Notes: generated by a model not told the origin, from the sequence alone. A stretch of 54,459 bases of DNA from Promethearchaeota archaeon Loki_b31 (GCA_005222975.1 NJBI01000018.1:1-54459); one strand, 5' to 3'; numbered from the stretch's first letter, positions 1 through 10,323 are shown. Numbers and translations: made by a program.

Positions 1-230
1 AACCTTTCGCTGGCACTATCTATAGATCTTCCGGTCATTTCGGAATAAAAAAAGACTCTAAGAAAATCCTCAGCGTCATATCTTGCGTTTTTACCTTTTC
101 TACACCCCCACATTTGAGATTCGATTGAGTCACAAAAGTTTTTAAAAAATGCTAACATATATTCATTAGAGAAAAGTGGTTTTAACTCAGCTTCCAAATC
201 TGAAAGTGGAGATAAATATTTTATGCGCAT
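1..230 (-). CDS. Transposase N-terminus (partial, ISH3-like)
   Basis: Manually translated open frame MRIKYLSPLSDLEAELKPLFSNEYMLAFFKNFCDSIESQMWGCRKGKNARYDAEDFLRVFFYSEMTGRSIDSASER..., open to the window edge. The 'NARYDAEDFLRV' segment resembles archaeal IS4/ISH3 transposase N-termini. Confidence 0.55.
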   Translation of the reverse strand, partial: MRIKYLSPLSDLEAELKPLFSNEYMLAFFKNFCDSIESQMWGCRKGKNARYDAEDFLRVFFYSEMTGRSIDSASER

Positions 231-388
231 ACATAAATATAGCCACTTTTCTCTTATAAATCTTTAGATAAATTCCCACTGGAAACAAGTGGAAAAAATT
301 AATAGTTAAATAATAAAAATTAGAAGTAAGTATTTATAGAAAAAGGTTCAGTTAAAGAGGATTTAGAGTTCTACTTCCTTTGATACTG
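1..388 (-). mobile_element. Left end of a probable ISH3-family (IS4-like) insertion sequence, running off the window edge
   Basis: The minus strand begins 5'-CAGTATCAAAGG at 388, flanked by ATACT (389-393). This fits the CAG terminus and 5-bp A-N3-T target duplication I recall for ISH3 elements. A transposase-like ORF starts at 230. The right end is not visible. Confidence 0.5.
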
Positions 389-599
389 ATACTAAAGAAA
401 TATGTATATAAAACAAAAAGGTTACATTTGAATTTTAGGAGAATTTTCAGAAATATAAATTTCAAAATGAGAGATAAATTTCTTGCAGAATTACATTTTT
501 CTATTCTATTCCACAATTTTCTCCTTTTTAAGTTGAAATAACAACAATAGAGATGCTTTAATTAAATTTTTAAACAACCTTTTTTATTTAGATGTTATA

Positions 600-1013
600 A
601 TGATCGAAGAATTAAAATCTAAACTTACAGAATTAGAACTTAAAAGGAGCGAACTTCAGCCAAAAATCGACGAGATAGAAGCAAAAAGGGCTGAAGAACT
701 TCAAGAAGTTAACAAAAAATACGACCATATGGTTTCAGATGTCAATATAGAAGTTCAAGACTTTAAAAATAAAATTGTGAACAAAATAATTGGTTTATTT
801 TCAAAGGTTGTGATGGACGAGTTTGACGCGAAAAGAAGTACAAGTGATTACATGGTTTCAGATAACTTTAAAGATTTCCGAGAAAGCGTTTTAGGACTCG
901 AGATGTTTCCTAAGGAACTAATTGAGAGATTGGATAAAGTGATTGATGGAGATCCAATTGAAAATATTGCGTATGACCTTGAAAAAATCGAAGCTAAATA
1001 TAAAAATAACTAA
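600..1013 (+). CDS. Hypothetical protein with N-terminal coiled coil
   Basis: 137-aa ORF, E/K-rich heptad pattern in the first ~60 aa. Confidence 0.75.
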   Translation: MIEELKSKLTELELKRSELQPKIDEIEAKRAEELQEVNKKYDHMVSDVNIEVQDFKNKIVNKIIGLFSKVVMDEFDAKRSTSDYMVSDNFKDFRESVLGLEMFPKELIERLDKVIDGDPIENIAYDLEKIEAKYKNN

Positions 1014-1138
1014 TTAACTGAAATTAAAATTAGCAGATCAAGTTGAGCAATAATATCTATGTAATAGATCGTTAAATATGTATAATGAATCTGTATCTGT
1101 AGATAGCATTATTAAAACAAATATTTAGGTTCTGTTAG

Positions 1139-1282
1139 ATGGAAATATTCGAAGAGGAACTAGAGATTTATAACGCAAAAATGAGATTACTGAGCTGGTT
1201 ATACGACGAGATAAAAATCCAATCTGAGATATCTAAAGACTTACTTAATGGAAAAGGTCAAAAATTACCGCTTAACCTTTAA
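1139..1282 (+). CDS. Small hypothetical protein (47 aa)
   Basis: ATG...TAA frame MEIFEEELEIYNAKMRLLSWLYDEIKIQSEISKDLLNGKGQKLPLNL filling the intergenic gap; below the ORF-track cutoff. Confidence 0.4.
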   Translation: MEIFEEELEIYNAKMRLLSWLYDEIKIQSEISKDLLNGKGQKLPLNL

Positions 1283-1304
1283 TTCAATCGAATTACTTAT
1301 TGTG

Positions 1305-1868
1305 TTAACATATATTTAATATTTCTTCAATTATTCTCTTAATATAAGATAAGTAATCCTCTAATTTACCTTTTCTTGGAATATGAATAAAAATCACAGG
1401 GTATTTATTTTTTGAAATATCTAAAGCCCAATAGTACATATAATTACATAAATAGAATCCAGGAAAATAAGAAATAGAGAGCCTTAAGCTATATTTAAGA
1501 GCTTTATAAATTTCTTTTATATTTAAAATTGTATTGAATTTTAATGATTTTTTTATATTAATAAAACCCATTTTATAATATCCATCCACATCTTTACCAA
1601 AAACCCAATTTAAGGATACTTTTTCTAAATAAATTCTTTTTTTTGAATGGATTCCCATAAGTATAACTAAATATGGTTTTAATTTAGTTGACTTAAAAAA
1701 TTCTAAATATGACTCAACGCTCCTTTTCCAACTAACTGGTAAAATGATTTTTTCAATAGAATACTGTTGAAATTTATCATCAAAGTATCTAACAATATCA
1801 CCACTAAGATTTGAAGAAAGTTTATCATATTTCTCAAAACCAGTTAAAAGAATCGTATTTTTTATCAT
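1305..1868 (-). CDS. pcp: Pyroglutamyl-peptidase I (peptidase C15)
   Basis: ILLTGFE, LPVSW, catalytic E (LEKV), C (YLCN) and H (FIHIP) motifs. Confidence 0.8.
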   Translation of the reverse strand: MIKNTILLTGFEKYDKLSSNLSGDIVRYFDDKFQQYSIEKIILPVSWKRSVESYLEFFKSTKLKPYLVILMGIHSKKRIYLEKVSLNWVFGKDVDGYYKMGFINIKKSLKFNTILNIKEIYKALKYSLRLSISYFPGFYLCNYMYYWALDISKNKYPVIFIHIPRKGKLEDYLSYIKRIIEEILNIC

Positions 1869-1915
1869 TTACCCACAAAATGTAAAAAAAGAATAAAAAT
1901 AATAAATAAGCAAAT

Positions 1916-2335
1916 TTATTCGCGACTTTGGTTCTTTAATTGTTCGACTTCTAGTTTTTCAACTTTTTTTCTCAATGTTTTAATCTCTGCTTCAAACGCT
2001 TTTATTTTACTCTTTTTGGTTTTGAGAATATTGTCTAGCTTCTTATTTAACGCTTTTGCTTTTCCTTTAACCAAATTTTCGAGTTTTTTCTTTAATGATG
2101 CTACTTCAACGGTTAATTTATTCATTTTCTTTGTCCATTCTTTGGATTTTTCCGTAGCCTCTTTTAAATCAACCCCTCCTACCTCGAGCTTTGATCTGGT
2201 ATCGTTTATCTTATCGTCAAAATCGGCTTCAATTTCCTTTTCCGCAGAGGCTTCCTTTTTTGAAGCTTCTTCTTCAACGCGAGTAATCTCATCTTCTTTA
2301 TCCGCTATTTGGCTCCTTAATTCTTGTTCTGACAT
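1916..2335 (-). CDS. Hypothetical all-coiled-coil protein
   Basis: 139 aa, acidic N-half and lysine-rich C-half, heptad repeats throughout. Confidence 0.75.
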   Translation of the reverse strand: MSEQELRSQIADKEDEITRVEEEASKKEASAEKEIEADFDDKINDTRSKLEVGGVDLKEATEKSKEWTKKMNKLTVEVASLKKKLENLVKGKAKALNKKLDNILKTKKSKIKAFEAEIKTLRKKVEKLEVEQLKNQSRE

Positions 2336-2494
2336 ATTAACATTTCCTAATTTTATTTTGTTTTTTCAATATATTTTGATATATTTGCTAACTTAAAAAT
2401 TATTAATATTGATTTACAAATCGCTTTCACAGTAAAAAATAAAAAGAAATAAAAGGATTTTTAAATAAATGTAGCTATCTCTTTCATTAAAAAC

Positions 2495-3514
2495 CTATTC
2501 AACTGATTCTCCGAGAGCCATTCTACATAGATCACTAAGAATATAATTTTTTAAACCTTTCCGTCCTACTTTAGAGCCCATGCTTTCCATGCACATAGGG
2601 CAATTATAGACACAAGCTTCAGCACCATATTCTAACATATCATTTACATTATCGTTTTGAGTTTTGCGTAATAAAGATTTTTTACCAAGAGTTGCAAATA
2701 TTCCCGCACAGCACATAGTATTTTCTCGGTCATATTTTCTAGCAACTCTTTGAACACCTATTAGATTACAGATCTTGTCAACCCATTCATCAGCCTCAGG
2801 GATAAACCTATTTGAGCAAGATCTTTGATAAGCAATTTTCATATTAAGTTTTTTAACATCAGATTCATGCTCTTTTAAATATTTGTAGAGATATTCGTAG
2901 ATATGAATTGGTTTAAAATCAGGTGGAAGTTCTATATTATTCCGAGGACAAAAAGAAGCATAGAATCCGTAGCATTCGTCGTGATAGCAAATCATCTCTT
3001 TAATACCTTGTTTTTTTATGTTTTCAATAATTATCGGTGCTCTTTCTTTAATAACAGAATCCCTTGCGTAATGATGATACATTAAATTGCAAAAGAAATC
3101 AAGACCACTCACATATTGTAAATTCTCAAACAATTGACCTTGCATATGTTTAGCATCTAATTTCCCAAATGCACACTTATTTAATACCGGCTTATTTGGA
3201 TCAATTTCTTTTAATCTTAATTCTGCATGAGGTGCATATATTTTTACAGTATTTTCAAGGATACTAGGGTTTATACTTAATGAATTATACTTTTCCTGTA
3301 ATTCTGTTATTAAATCGAAAGGATGAGAGTTATAAGGACAATATTCATCACAAGCAAAACATGTAACGCATTCTGATAATACTCGAGATTCCTCTCCTTT
3401 AATCATTTTATCTTTTTCTGCTCGTGCTTCCTCGATATCTTTGAATTCAATCCATTGACAGCGAGTTAAACAATCAACTTTCTCACAATCTGCACAATGT
3501 GAACTATCAAACAT
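2495..3514 (-). CDS. (Fe-S)-binding oxidoreductase, HdrD/GlpC-like with CCG-type domain
   Basis: CxxCxxxxCxxxC and CxxCxxCxxxCP ferredoxin motifs, MCCAG and CPMC motifs. The likely start is ATG 3514 (MFDSS); the longer frame to 3730 overlaps the next gene. Confidence 0.8.
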   Translation of the reverse strand: MFDSSHCADCEKVDCLTRCQWIEFKDIEEARAEKDKMIKGEESRVLSECVTCFACDEYCPYNSHPFDLITELQEKYNSLSINPSILENTVKIYAPHAELRLKEIDPNKPVLNKCAFGKLDAKHMQGQLFENLQYVSGLDFFCNLMYHHYARDSVIKERAPIIIENIKKQGIKEMICYHDECYGFYASFCPRNNIELPPDFKPIHIYEYLYKYLKEHESDVKKLNMKIAYQRSCSNRFIPEADEWVDKICNLIGVQRVARKYDRENTMCCAGIFATLGKKSLLRKTQNDNVNDMLEYGAEACVYNCPMCMESMGSKVGRKGLKNYILSDLCRMALGESVE

Positions 3515-3608
3515 TTTTTTACACTCATTTAAGATATGAATTTTATATGAATTATTATTTAAAATGAAATTTAAGTAATATAAATAAGTTTTCTTAAAAT
3601 TTGTTATA

Positions 3609-4124
3609 TTAAATTTTAAGAGTAAATTCCCACGCACAATAGTAACTCTCGGGATGGCTCTCGGGAGGGCAGCAAATACATTTCGTTTCGATTCTAGGAT
3701 CGATAGTTTTTGCAAAATCGCCGTATTCAATAACGCCTACAGGTTTGCAAGGAAAATCGGGAAGCCCTCTACTTTTTCTGGCGAATTGAACTCGGCAATT
3801 GTTCATACGGAACACGCACCGATTTTCAGAAACCTCTACAATTTCTTGTACATTTATGTTGGCATACACTCTGAACTTTAATGCTTTAATTAATGCGGGA
3901 ATACCTCCATTTTTGGGAATATTAAAACCTTTCATGATGCGTTTTGCTTCTATTACGGTAAATCTTTTCCATTGTTCCACATCAAGTTCTATGGCCCTTT
4001 CCAGTCCATATTCTCTTTCCGCAACCTGAAACCAAGTTCCATCGATAGCTAGCCAGTTTTTGCTTAGATCCTCAATATAATTAATTAATTCTTCTTTAGT
4101 AAGCTTTTCTAAATCATCTCTCAT
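3609..4124 (-). CDS. DUF6125-family protein
   Basis: WLAIDGTWF, CRVQ.AR...GLPDFPCK and CxCCPP...YCAWEF signatures. Confidence 0.75.
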   Translation of the reverse strand: MRDDLEKLTKEELINYIEDLSKNWLAIDGTWFQVAEREYGLERAIELDVEQWKRFTVIEAKRIMKGFNIPKNGGIPALIKALKFRVYANINVQEIVEVSENRCVFRMNNCRVQFARKSRGLPDFPCKPVGVIEYGDFAKTIDPRIETKCICCPPESHPESYYCAWEFTLKI

Positions 4125-4217
4125 TTTCTATTCAACTTAATTTAAATATAAAAATAAAATAGATAAAATATTTTTTGGTTTATATTTTTTTTAGTTCAAA
4201 ATTGTAAAAAATGCTAA

Positions 4218-5933
4218 TTATTTTTCTTCTCCTTTCCATAACCTATGTAATAGATGTGCTGCCATTTTTGGGCGTCGATCCCGCGTAAAAACGCCTTTAT
4301 AATTCATCGAACCCATTCTGATAACTTCTTGAGACGTTTTAAAATCGCATAGGTTCCATATATGTTGCCCTACAACGAATTGTTTCTCATTCAAGACTTC
4401 AATATAACTTTTTAATAATTCGACTTGGTATTCTTCGCTAAACATTTCTATCGGTTGAGCGTGCCAACCCGGGATCGCATCTGCTCCAAATTCAGTTAAT
4501 ATTATTGGTTTTTGATACTTTTTATATAGTTTGTCTAATTCATTTGAAAGAATTTCGCATCCTTCTTGAATTCTTCCTTGCTCTGTGTACCAGCCGTAAT
4601 AGCGATTCAGGCATAAAATGTCACAAAATTCAAAAGCTCTTTCTTTTACCCCCATCATATTTACAACTGTTATTGGTCTTGTTCCATCAAGTTCTTTAGT
4701 TTTATCGTATAATGCTTGAAAGAACTCTTTAGACTTTAAACTACTATGAGGTTCGTTCGCTAAGCTCCACATTATAACGCTTGGATGATTCTTATCCCTC
4801 GTAATCAATTCTTTTACATATTGTTGGCAAAGTTCAAGATGATGATCGAGATATCGTTTTTCGAAAGTAAGACCCACAGCGGGAATCTCATCGATTATTA
4901 AAAACCCTAGACGATCGGCAAGGTCCATCATTTGTTCAGAATAAGGATAATGAGAAGTTCGAAAGGAGTTAGCACCAATCCATTTCATCAAAGAATAATC
5001 TTTAATTATTACGGCTGGGACATATCCGCGACCTGTTATTGGAAAATCTTCGTGGCGCCCAAATCCTTTTAGTACGATCGGCTTTCCGTTGAGAAGTAGT
5101 TTATCTCCTTCGACTGTTATGGTCCTTATTCCAATGGGAATTGTATAAGAATCGTATGTTTTTTCATTATATAAAAGATTTATATCTAAATCGTATAAAT
5201 TTGGTTGGGTTGGATCCCAAAACAAGGCATTATTCACGGTTAATTCGAATCTACCAGTTCTATTAGTGATAAATCTCTTCTCTAATACGTTATTTTTCTT
5301 ATTTTTTAATAATAGGTGAATTTCTACTTCTTTTTCACCGTTTAAAGATAGATTTACGAATATACATCCATTATTACCTTCGATTGATGTTGTTACGGTG
5401 ATATCGTCAATTCCGTAATTGGGTACGGAATACAACAAAACTGGTCGATGAATTCCGCAAAAGGGGAAAAAATCAAAATTTGTAGAAGGATAATTTAGGC
5501 GAACCTTTCCTGGTGGTACTTGAGCTTTAGATAAATTCCCTTCCACCCGTATTACTAAGATGTTCTTATGAGGTTTTATAAAGGATCCTATGTCAAATTC
5601 AAATGGCAAATGCCCACCTTCGTGCTTTCCTATCCATTCACCATTTAACCATATTTCTGCTAAATAATTAACAGAACCGAATCTTAAAATAATTCTGTGT
5701 TCTTCCCAGCCACACGGGACACTAAAACTTTTTTGATACCACCCAGGTCCTAAATTATCGCGCCCCTCCGCAAATTGATCGTTCCAGCTCGCAGGTACTG
5801 CTATTGGGCGGCTATTATTAAATCCATTCTTCCAATTCTCATCCAAACCTTTATTGTTAATATCAAAACGAAAATCCCAAAAGCCAGATAATTCGATAAA
5901 TTGACGATATTTGTTTCTTTGTGGATAGAGCAT
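4218..5933 (-). CDS. uidA: Beta-glucuronidase (GH2)
   Basis: GFGRHED, NSFRTSHYPY, WSLANEP (acid/base), ILTEFGAD (nucleophile), NYKGVFTRDR.PK; AGGAGG SD upstream of ATG 5933. Confidence 0.9.
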   Translation of the reverse strand: MLYPQRNKYRQFIELSGFWDFRFDINNKGLDENWKNGFNNSRPIAVPASWNDQFAEGRDNLGPGWYQKSFSVPCGWEEHRIILRFGSVNYLAEIWLNGEWIGKHEGGHLPFEFDIGSFIKPHKNILVIRVEGNLSKAQVPPGKVRLNYPSTNFDFFPFCGIHRPVLLYSVPNYGIDDITVTTSIEGNNGCIFVNLSLNGEKEVEIHLLLKNKKNNVLEKRFITNRTGRFELTVNNALFWDPTQPNLYDLDINLLYNEKTYDSYTIPIGIRTITVEGDKLLLNGKPIVLKGFGRHEDFPITGRGYVPAVIIKDYSLMKWIGANSFRTSHYPYSEQMMDLADRLGFLIIDEIPAVGLTFEKRYLDHHLELCQQYVKELITRDKNHPSVIMWSLANEPHSSLKSKEFFQALYDKTKELDGTRPITVVNMMGVKERAFEFCDILCLNRYYGWYTEQGRIQEGCEILSNELDKLYKKYQKPIILTEFGADAIPGWHAQPIEMFSEEYQVELLKSYIEVLNEKQFVVGQHIWNLCDFKTSQEVIRMGSMNYKGVFTRDRRPKMAAHLLHRLWKGEEK

Positions 5934-5990
5934 TATAATTCCTCCTAACAATTTGATTTTATTTAATGTAAAAGATTCTTAAAAGTTATA

Positions 5991-7298
5991 TTACAATAGC
6001 GTTTGAGCAAACATTGTTATCTTATCTTTAAAGATTTTTTCTGAAGTCATTCGTTTGTCTCCGACATCTACATCAATTATAAGCATTGGAATGCCCACTT
6101 CGTCCCTTAATGCTTCCCTTAAAATTTGCGGAACGCTTCCAAATTGCTTACAACCTAAGTGAGATGTAAAAATAAAACAATCTGCGCTAAATTCTTTTGC
6201 CAATCTCACGCAATCGTCAATAAATGGATAGAAAAATTCTGTTGATTGCTTTATCATTGGAAGCTCCATACCTTTTTTAGCCATTCCATAAAATAATGTA
6301 TCCAAATCAGATTTTGTATTGATAGGGTCAGAAAAATTGTAATTAAATATGTCAAATAAAATACTCATCCCTAATTCGCGATCTAGCCATTCACCTAATG
6401 ATAAATCGAAAAAGATGATCATGTACGGCCATATACTTCGTATTTTCTCTTCAGTGCCATGATGGGCTTTATTGTTATATCGTAATTTAGCAATTTGGAG
6501 CATATCACGGTAGAATTCTAATTTCTCTTCGCGCCCAGACATAAAAGTTGTGGCAGCTGCGGAAATAGCGTTAAACATATTTTCTACCGGACAAGGAATC
6601 GCTTTTTTTAATTCAAATATTTCGAGTTGGGTTTTGTTACTTTCATTTTCTAGTTCAATATGTTTTTTCATTTTATTATAATTAATTTCTTGACCAATCA
6701 CTTTACCTAATTCCTCCAAACTTAGCCTTAATTGTTCTCCATAATATATATAACTTTTTTCTTCCTTAAGGAATGGTAGATCTGGAGTAATTAATGGAAT
6801 ATTTTTATGATACCTAAAAAAGGGATAGGAAGCGTAAGTGTTGTCGCACGGCGCAGTTGGTGTAATGATTGCGTCAAATTTGAATAGATCGTCAAGCGTC
6901 ATTCCCATAGTCCCTTTTTGAGATGTACACGTGTGAAATGGATGTCCCCAATTAGTAATTAAATCATAATATGGTTCAGAGCCATCAGGTAATAATGCTG
7001 ATATGAAATACGACACAGCTTCTATGCACACTGGCACACAATCAAAACCATAAAGATAATCTGCTGGGAATGCAAAATGATAGCCAATTATAGGCAGCCC
7101 TTCTCCTGCTTTTTTGATAAAATCAGTCATTATGGTGTTTATATATTTTAAACCTAATCTTAATGCTGGCATTCCATCTTCAGGAAGTATTTTCTCAACC
7201 AACTCGTATGTGGTGGAGACAGCTTGGTTTAACATCTTATAGGGAATTATTCTATTTTCTAATTTTGATTGATTAACCATAGTTATACCATTTTTCAT
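5991..7298 (-). CDS. 2-hydroxyacyl-CoA dehydratase family subunit (HgdA/FldB-like), paralog 2
   Basis: HTCTSQKG, APCDN, LGCKQ Cys motifs; C-terminal IPMLIIDVDVGD. Confidence 0.85.
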   Translation of the reverse strand: MKNGITMVNQSKLENRIIPYKMLNQAVSTTYELVEKILPEDGMPALRLGLKYINTIMTDFIKKAGEGLPIIGYHFAFPADYLYGFDCVPVCIEAVSYFISALLPDGSEPYYDLITNWGHPFHTCTSQKGTMGMTLDDLFKFDAIITPTAPCDNTYASYPFFRYHKNIPLITPDLPFLKEEKSYIYYGEQLRLSLEELGKVIGQEINYNKMKKHIELENESNKTQLEIFELKKAIPCPVENMFNAISAAATTFMSGREEKLEFYRDMLQIAKLRYNNKAHHGTEEKIRSIWPYMIIFFDLSLGEWLDRELGMSILFDIFNYNFSDPINTKSDLDTLFYGMAKKGMELPMIKQSTEFFYPFIDDCVRLAKEFSADCFIFTSHLGCKQFGSVPQILREALRDEVGIPMLIIDVDVGDKRMTSEKIFKDKITMFAQTLL

Positions 7299-7323
7299 TT
7301 AATTATAATATTAATAATACATA

Positions 7324-8613
7324 TTACATGAGCGTTTGAACAAACATAGTTATTTTGTCTTTAAAAGCTTTTAAAGAAGTCATTCGAGCATCTCCTACGT
7401 CGAAATCAATTATTAGCATAGGGATTCCCACTTCATCTTGAAGAGCTTCTCTTAAAAGTTGTGGGACAGCGCCAAATTGCTTACACGCAATACTTTGAGT
7501 GTAAATAAAACAGTCTGCACTAAAATCTTTAGCCATTCTAATACAATCGTCTAAGAAGGGATAATAGAATTCTGAAGATTGCTTCACCATTGGCCAACCC
7601 ATAGCCTTCCTTGCCATTCCATAAAATAATGAATCTGAATCAGATTTTGTATCAATCAAATCTGATAGATTATAGTTAAAAATGTCTAATAAAACACTCA
7701 TACCCAATTCGCGATCTAACCATTCACATAAAGAAATATCGAAAAATGTGAGCATATAAGGCCAGATGGATCTAACTCGTTCTTCACCTCCATAATGCTC
7801 CTTGTTTTTATACCTATTTTTTGCGAGTTCCAACATTCTTTGGTAAAAAGAGAGGTTTTCAGATGTTCCAGAAATAAATATAGTTGCTCCAGCTGAAACG
7901 GGATTAAACATATTCTCGATTGGGCTCGGAACAGCCTTAATTAAATCAAATAATTCCATTTTTAATTTTGTTACATCGTTCTCTAATTCTAAAGCATTTC
8001 TCAATTTTTCAAAATCGGGTTCTTGACCAATTACTTTACCTAATTCCTCTAAACTTAGCTTTAATTGTTCTCCATAATACTTGTAACTTTTTTCCTCGTG
8101 AAGAAAAGGCATATCAGCAATGATTAAAGGAAAATTTTTTTTTAATTTAAAAAAAGGGTAAGAAGCGCAGGTGGAATCACAGGGCGCTGTTGGAGTGATA
8201 ATCGCGTCGAATTTAAATAAATCTTCTAAACACATTCCCATTACCCCCTTTTGGGCGGAACATGTATGAAAAGGGTGCCCCCAATTACCTATTAAATCAT
8301 AGTAGGTCTCGACACCACTTAAAAGTAAAGCACCAAGAAAAAATGAAACCCCTTCAATACAAATTGGGACGCAATCAAAACATTTTAAGTATTCTGGCTG
8401 AAATGCAAAGTGATATCCCACTATTGGCAACCCTTCTCTTGCTTTTTCGATGTCTTTACGAACCACAGAGATCATTTCTTCCAATCCAATTCTTAACGAA
8501 GGAAGTCCGCTCTCAGGTAATATCTTATCGATTAATTCATGAGTTGTTGACATCGAATTTAATAACATCTGATAAGGAATAATCCTGTTTCCCATCTCCG
8601 TTTTACTAGGCAT
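7324..8613 (-). CDS. 2-hydroxyacyl-CoA dehydratase family subunit (HgdA/FldB-like), paralog 1
   Basis: HTCSAQKG, APCDS, IACKQ motifs; clearly paralogous to 5991-7298. Confidence 0.85.
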   Translation of the reverse strand: MPSKTEMGNRIIPYQMLLNSMSTTHELIDKILPESGLPSLRIGLEEMISVVRKDIEKAREGLPIVGYHFAFQPEYLKCFDCVPICIEGVSFFLGALLLSGVETYYDLIGNWGHPFHTCSAQKGVMGMCLEDLFKFDAIITPTAPCDSTCASYPFFKLKKNFPLIIADMPFLHEEKSYKYYGEQLKLSLEELGKVIGQEPDFEKLRNALELENDVTKLKMELFDLIKAVPSPIENMFNPVSAGATIFISGTSENLSFYQRMLELAKNRYKNKEHYGGEERVRSIWPYMLTFFDISLCEWLDRELGMSVLLDIFNYNLSDLIDTKSDSDSLFYGMARKAMGWPMVKQSSEFYYPFLDDCIRMAKDFSADCFIYTQSIACKQFGAVPQLLREALQDEVGIPMLIIDFDVGDARMTSLKAFKDKITMFVQTLM

Positions 8614-8659
8614 AATTTTTATCCAAATTAAATCAATAAGCTTTTTCTAAATTTTAATA

Positions 8660-9811
8660 TTATTTTATCATTTCTAAAAATGCTTCAATACGGGTTTGAA
8701 GTCTTGTTGTGTCTGCTTGGTAGAATTCGCGATCGAGGTCCAAAACAGGGATTTCCAAATCCTTTAGCCTATGTGAATGGAGCATGTTATCACATCCCGC
8801 TAGATCACAGTTATTAATTCTCTGTAAGATAACTCCATCAACATTTGCTCTGTTAATTTCATTTCTTAGAAAATCGAATCGCCTTTCATAGTCATCCATC
8901 ATTCTAGGGCAAGAAAGTCTGTAATATAAGCGTTTTGAGATATTTTTTAATGGGTTATTTCCATCACCTATGTGTACATCATCTAAAAAATTACGAGTTC
9001 CAAAGCATAAAGAATCAGACACTATTAAGGCTCCAGAATCTTCAATTAATCGGGTAAAATCAGTACTATCTACTTCGCTTCCAACGAGCATTATTCTTTT
9101 AACATTCGATTTAATTCCTTCAGACTCTTTCAAGAATTTGAGAATTCTTTCTAATTCTTGGTTTGCAAATTCTTTAGGGATTGAGCTATTTGACATCGAA
9201 ATTTGTAAAGCTTCGCTTCCCGTAATTTTTGGCGTATCAATAATTCTTAGTTCATGGATTTTTCGTAAAAGATCACGATTCTTATTGTATGTCTTTATCG
9301 AATTATGTAAATCTTGATCAGTTATAATTTGATGAGTATAGGTTTCTTCTATTTCTTCTTTAAATTCTTCTATTTCTTTATGGTACCATTCAAAACCTTC
9401 ATCTGTTATAATATGAGGCATAGCAATATAAAACCGCGGAACCTTTTTTTCAAAACCTTTTCTTTTAAATACTACTAAATCGAAGAGCTCGTACATTCGT
9501 CGAGTATGATCGCACGAATTACTTATAAAAAGACCATCTAAGAAATCGTAGCCTCCTCTTAAAGCCAAATCTAGAGTTGCTCTGACAAATGAACATGTAA
9601 ACCGTACCATATATATATCAGCTAAATCCGTGTCTTTATTTCCAGTTGCTCTAATTCTAAAAGGTAATAAATTTGCAGCGTGCAGTAATTCTTCAGGAAT
9701 GTAAGTACAATAATGACCAACCACCTTTTTATTATTTTCTTGCCATTCCTTAATGTAAGAGTTCATAATTGAATTCGAAATGTTAAGAAAAGGATCGTTA
9801 TTTAGGCTCAT
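8660..9811 (-). CDS. 2-hydroxyacyl-CoA dehydratase / benzoyl-CoA reductase family subunit (HgdB/FldC/BcrC-like)
   Basis: YCTYIPEELLHAA, TCSFVR, SCDHTRR, LCFGTR, NCD, TRIEAFLEM motifs. Confidence 0.85.
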   Translation of the reverse strand: MSLNNDPFLNISNSIMNSYIKEWQENNKKVVGHYCTYIPEELLHAANLLPFRIRATGNKDTDLADIYMVRFTCSFVRATLDLALRGGYDFLDGLFISNSCDHTRRMYELFDLVVFKRKGFEKKVPRFYIAMPHIITDEGFEWYHKEIEEFKEEIEETYTHQIITDQDLHNSIKTYNKNRDLLRKIHELRIIDTPKITGSEALQISMSNSSIPKEFANQELERILKFLKESEGIKSNVKRIMLVGSEVDSTDFTRLIEDSGALIVSDSLCFGTRNFLDDVHIGDGNNPLKNISKRLYYRLSCPRMMDDYERRFDFLRNEINRANVDGVILQRINNCDLAGCDNMLHSHRLKDLEIPVLDLDREFYQADTTRLQTRIEAFLEMIK

Positions 9812-10323
9812 GGTAATAAACCCGCCTTACTGTTTTTATAAACTTCATTCTTACCTATCATCAGACACCTTACCAGTTTTATGGCAGCTACATAGGACCC
9901 TTTAATCTTTATTTTTCTGGGAATTAAATACTTTAGAAGTTTCATTAGTCCAAAGATATTACTTTTAGAGCGAATTATACTGCTTAGTGCGCTAAGTATC
10001 TTTTCTTCTTCTACATTTATTATAATTCGTGCAACAGGATTATTAGCTTTCTCTACACGACAATCAAAATTCTTTCTATTAGATGTAAGCACAAAAATAA
10101 TACATCCGTCTAATTCGGACAAATACATTTCTATTTCTTCACCCTCCCGTTTCCCTATTCTTTTAAAAGGTTCATCTAGACCAAATAAATCCACCAACAT
10201 CTTTGCCAATCGAGCGATATTAAGCACTTTTGTTTCCCTAACCAAATTTTCTGCTCTAATATCCCTACTTGTTTTTTTAAGATTATCAATTTGATTAATA
10301 GTAGCCACCAAATTTTGAAGCAA
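9808..10323 (-). CDS. Hypothetical protein, possible SCP2 (sterol-carrier)-like lipid-binding fold
   Basis: C-terminal KIKIKGSYVAAIKL resembles the SCP2 'KLKIKGD..A.KL' motif; overlaps the dehydratase start by 4 nt. Confidence 0.55.
   Translation of the reverse strand: MLQNLVATINQIDNLKKTSRDIRAENLVRETKVLNIARLAKMLVDLFGLDEPFKRIGKREGEEIEMYLSELDGCIIFVLTSNRKNFDCRVEKANNPVARIIINVEEEKILSALSSIIRSKSNIFGLMKLLKYLIPRKIKIKGSYVAAIKLVRCLMIGKNEVYKNSKAGLLP

Noticed and set aside
3515-3730. N-terminal extension of the Fe-S protein given in the ORF track
   Set aside because: It overlaps the DUF6125 gene and AT-rich intergenic DNA; recognisable motifs begin at ATG 3514.
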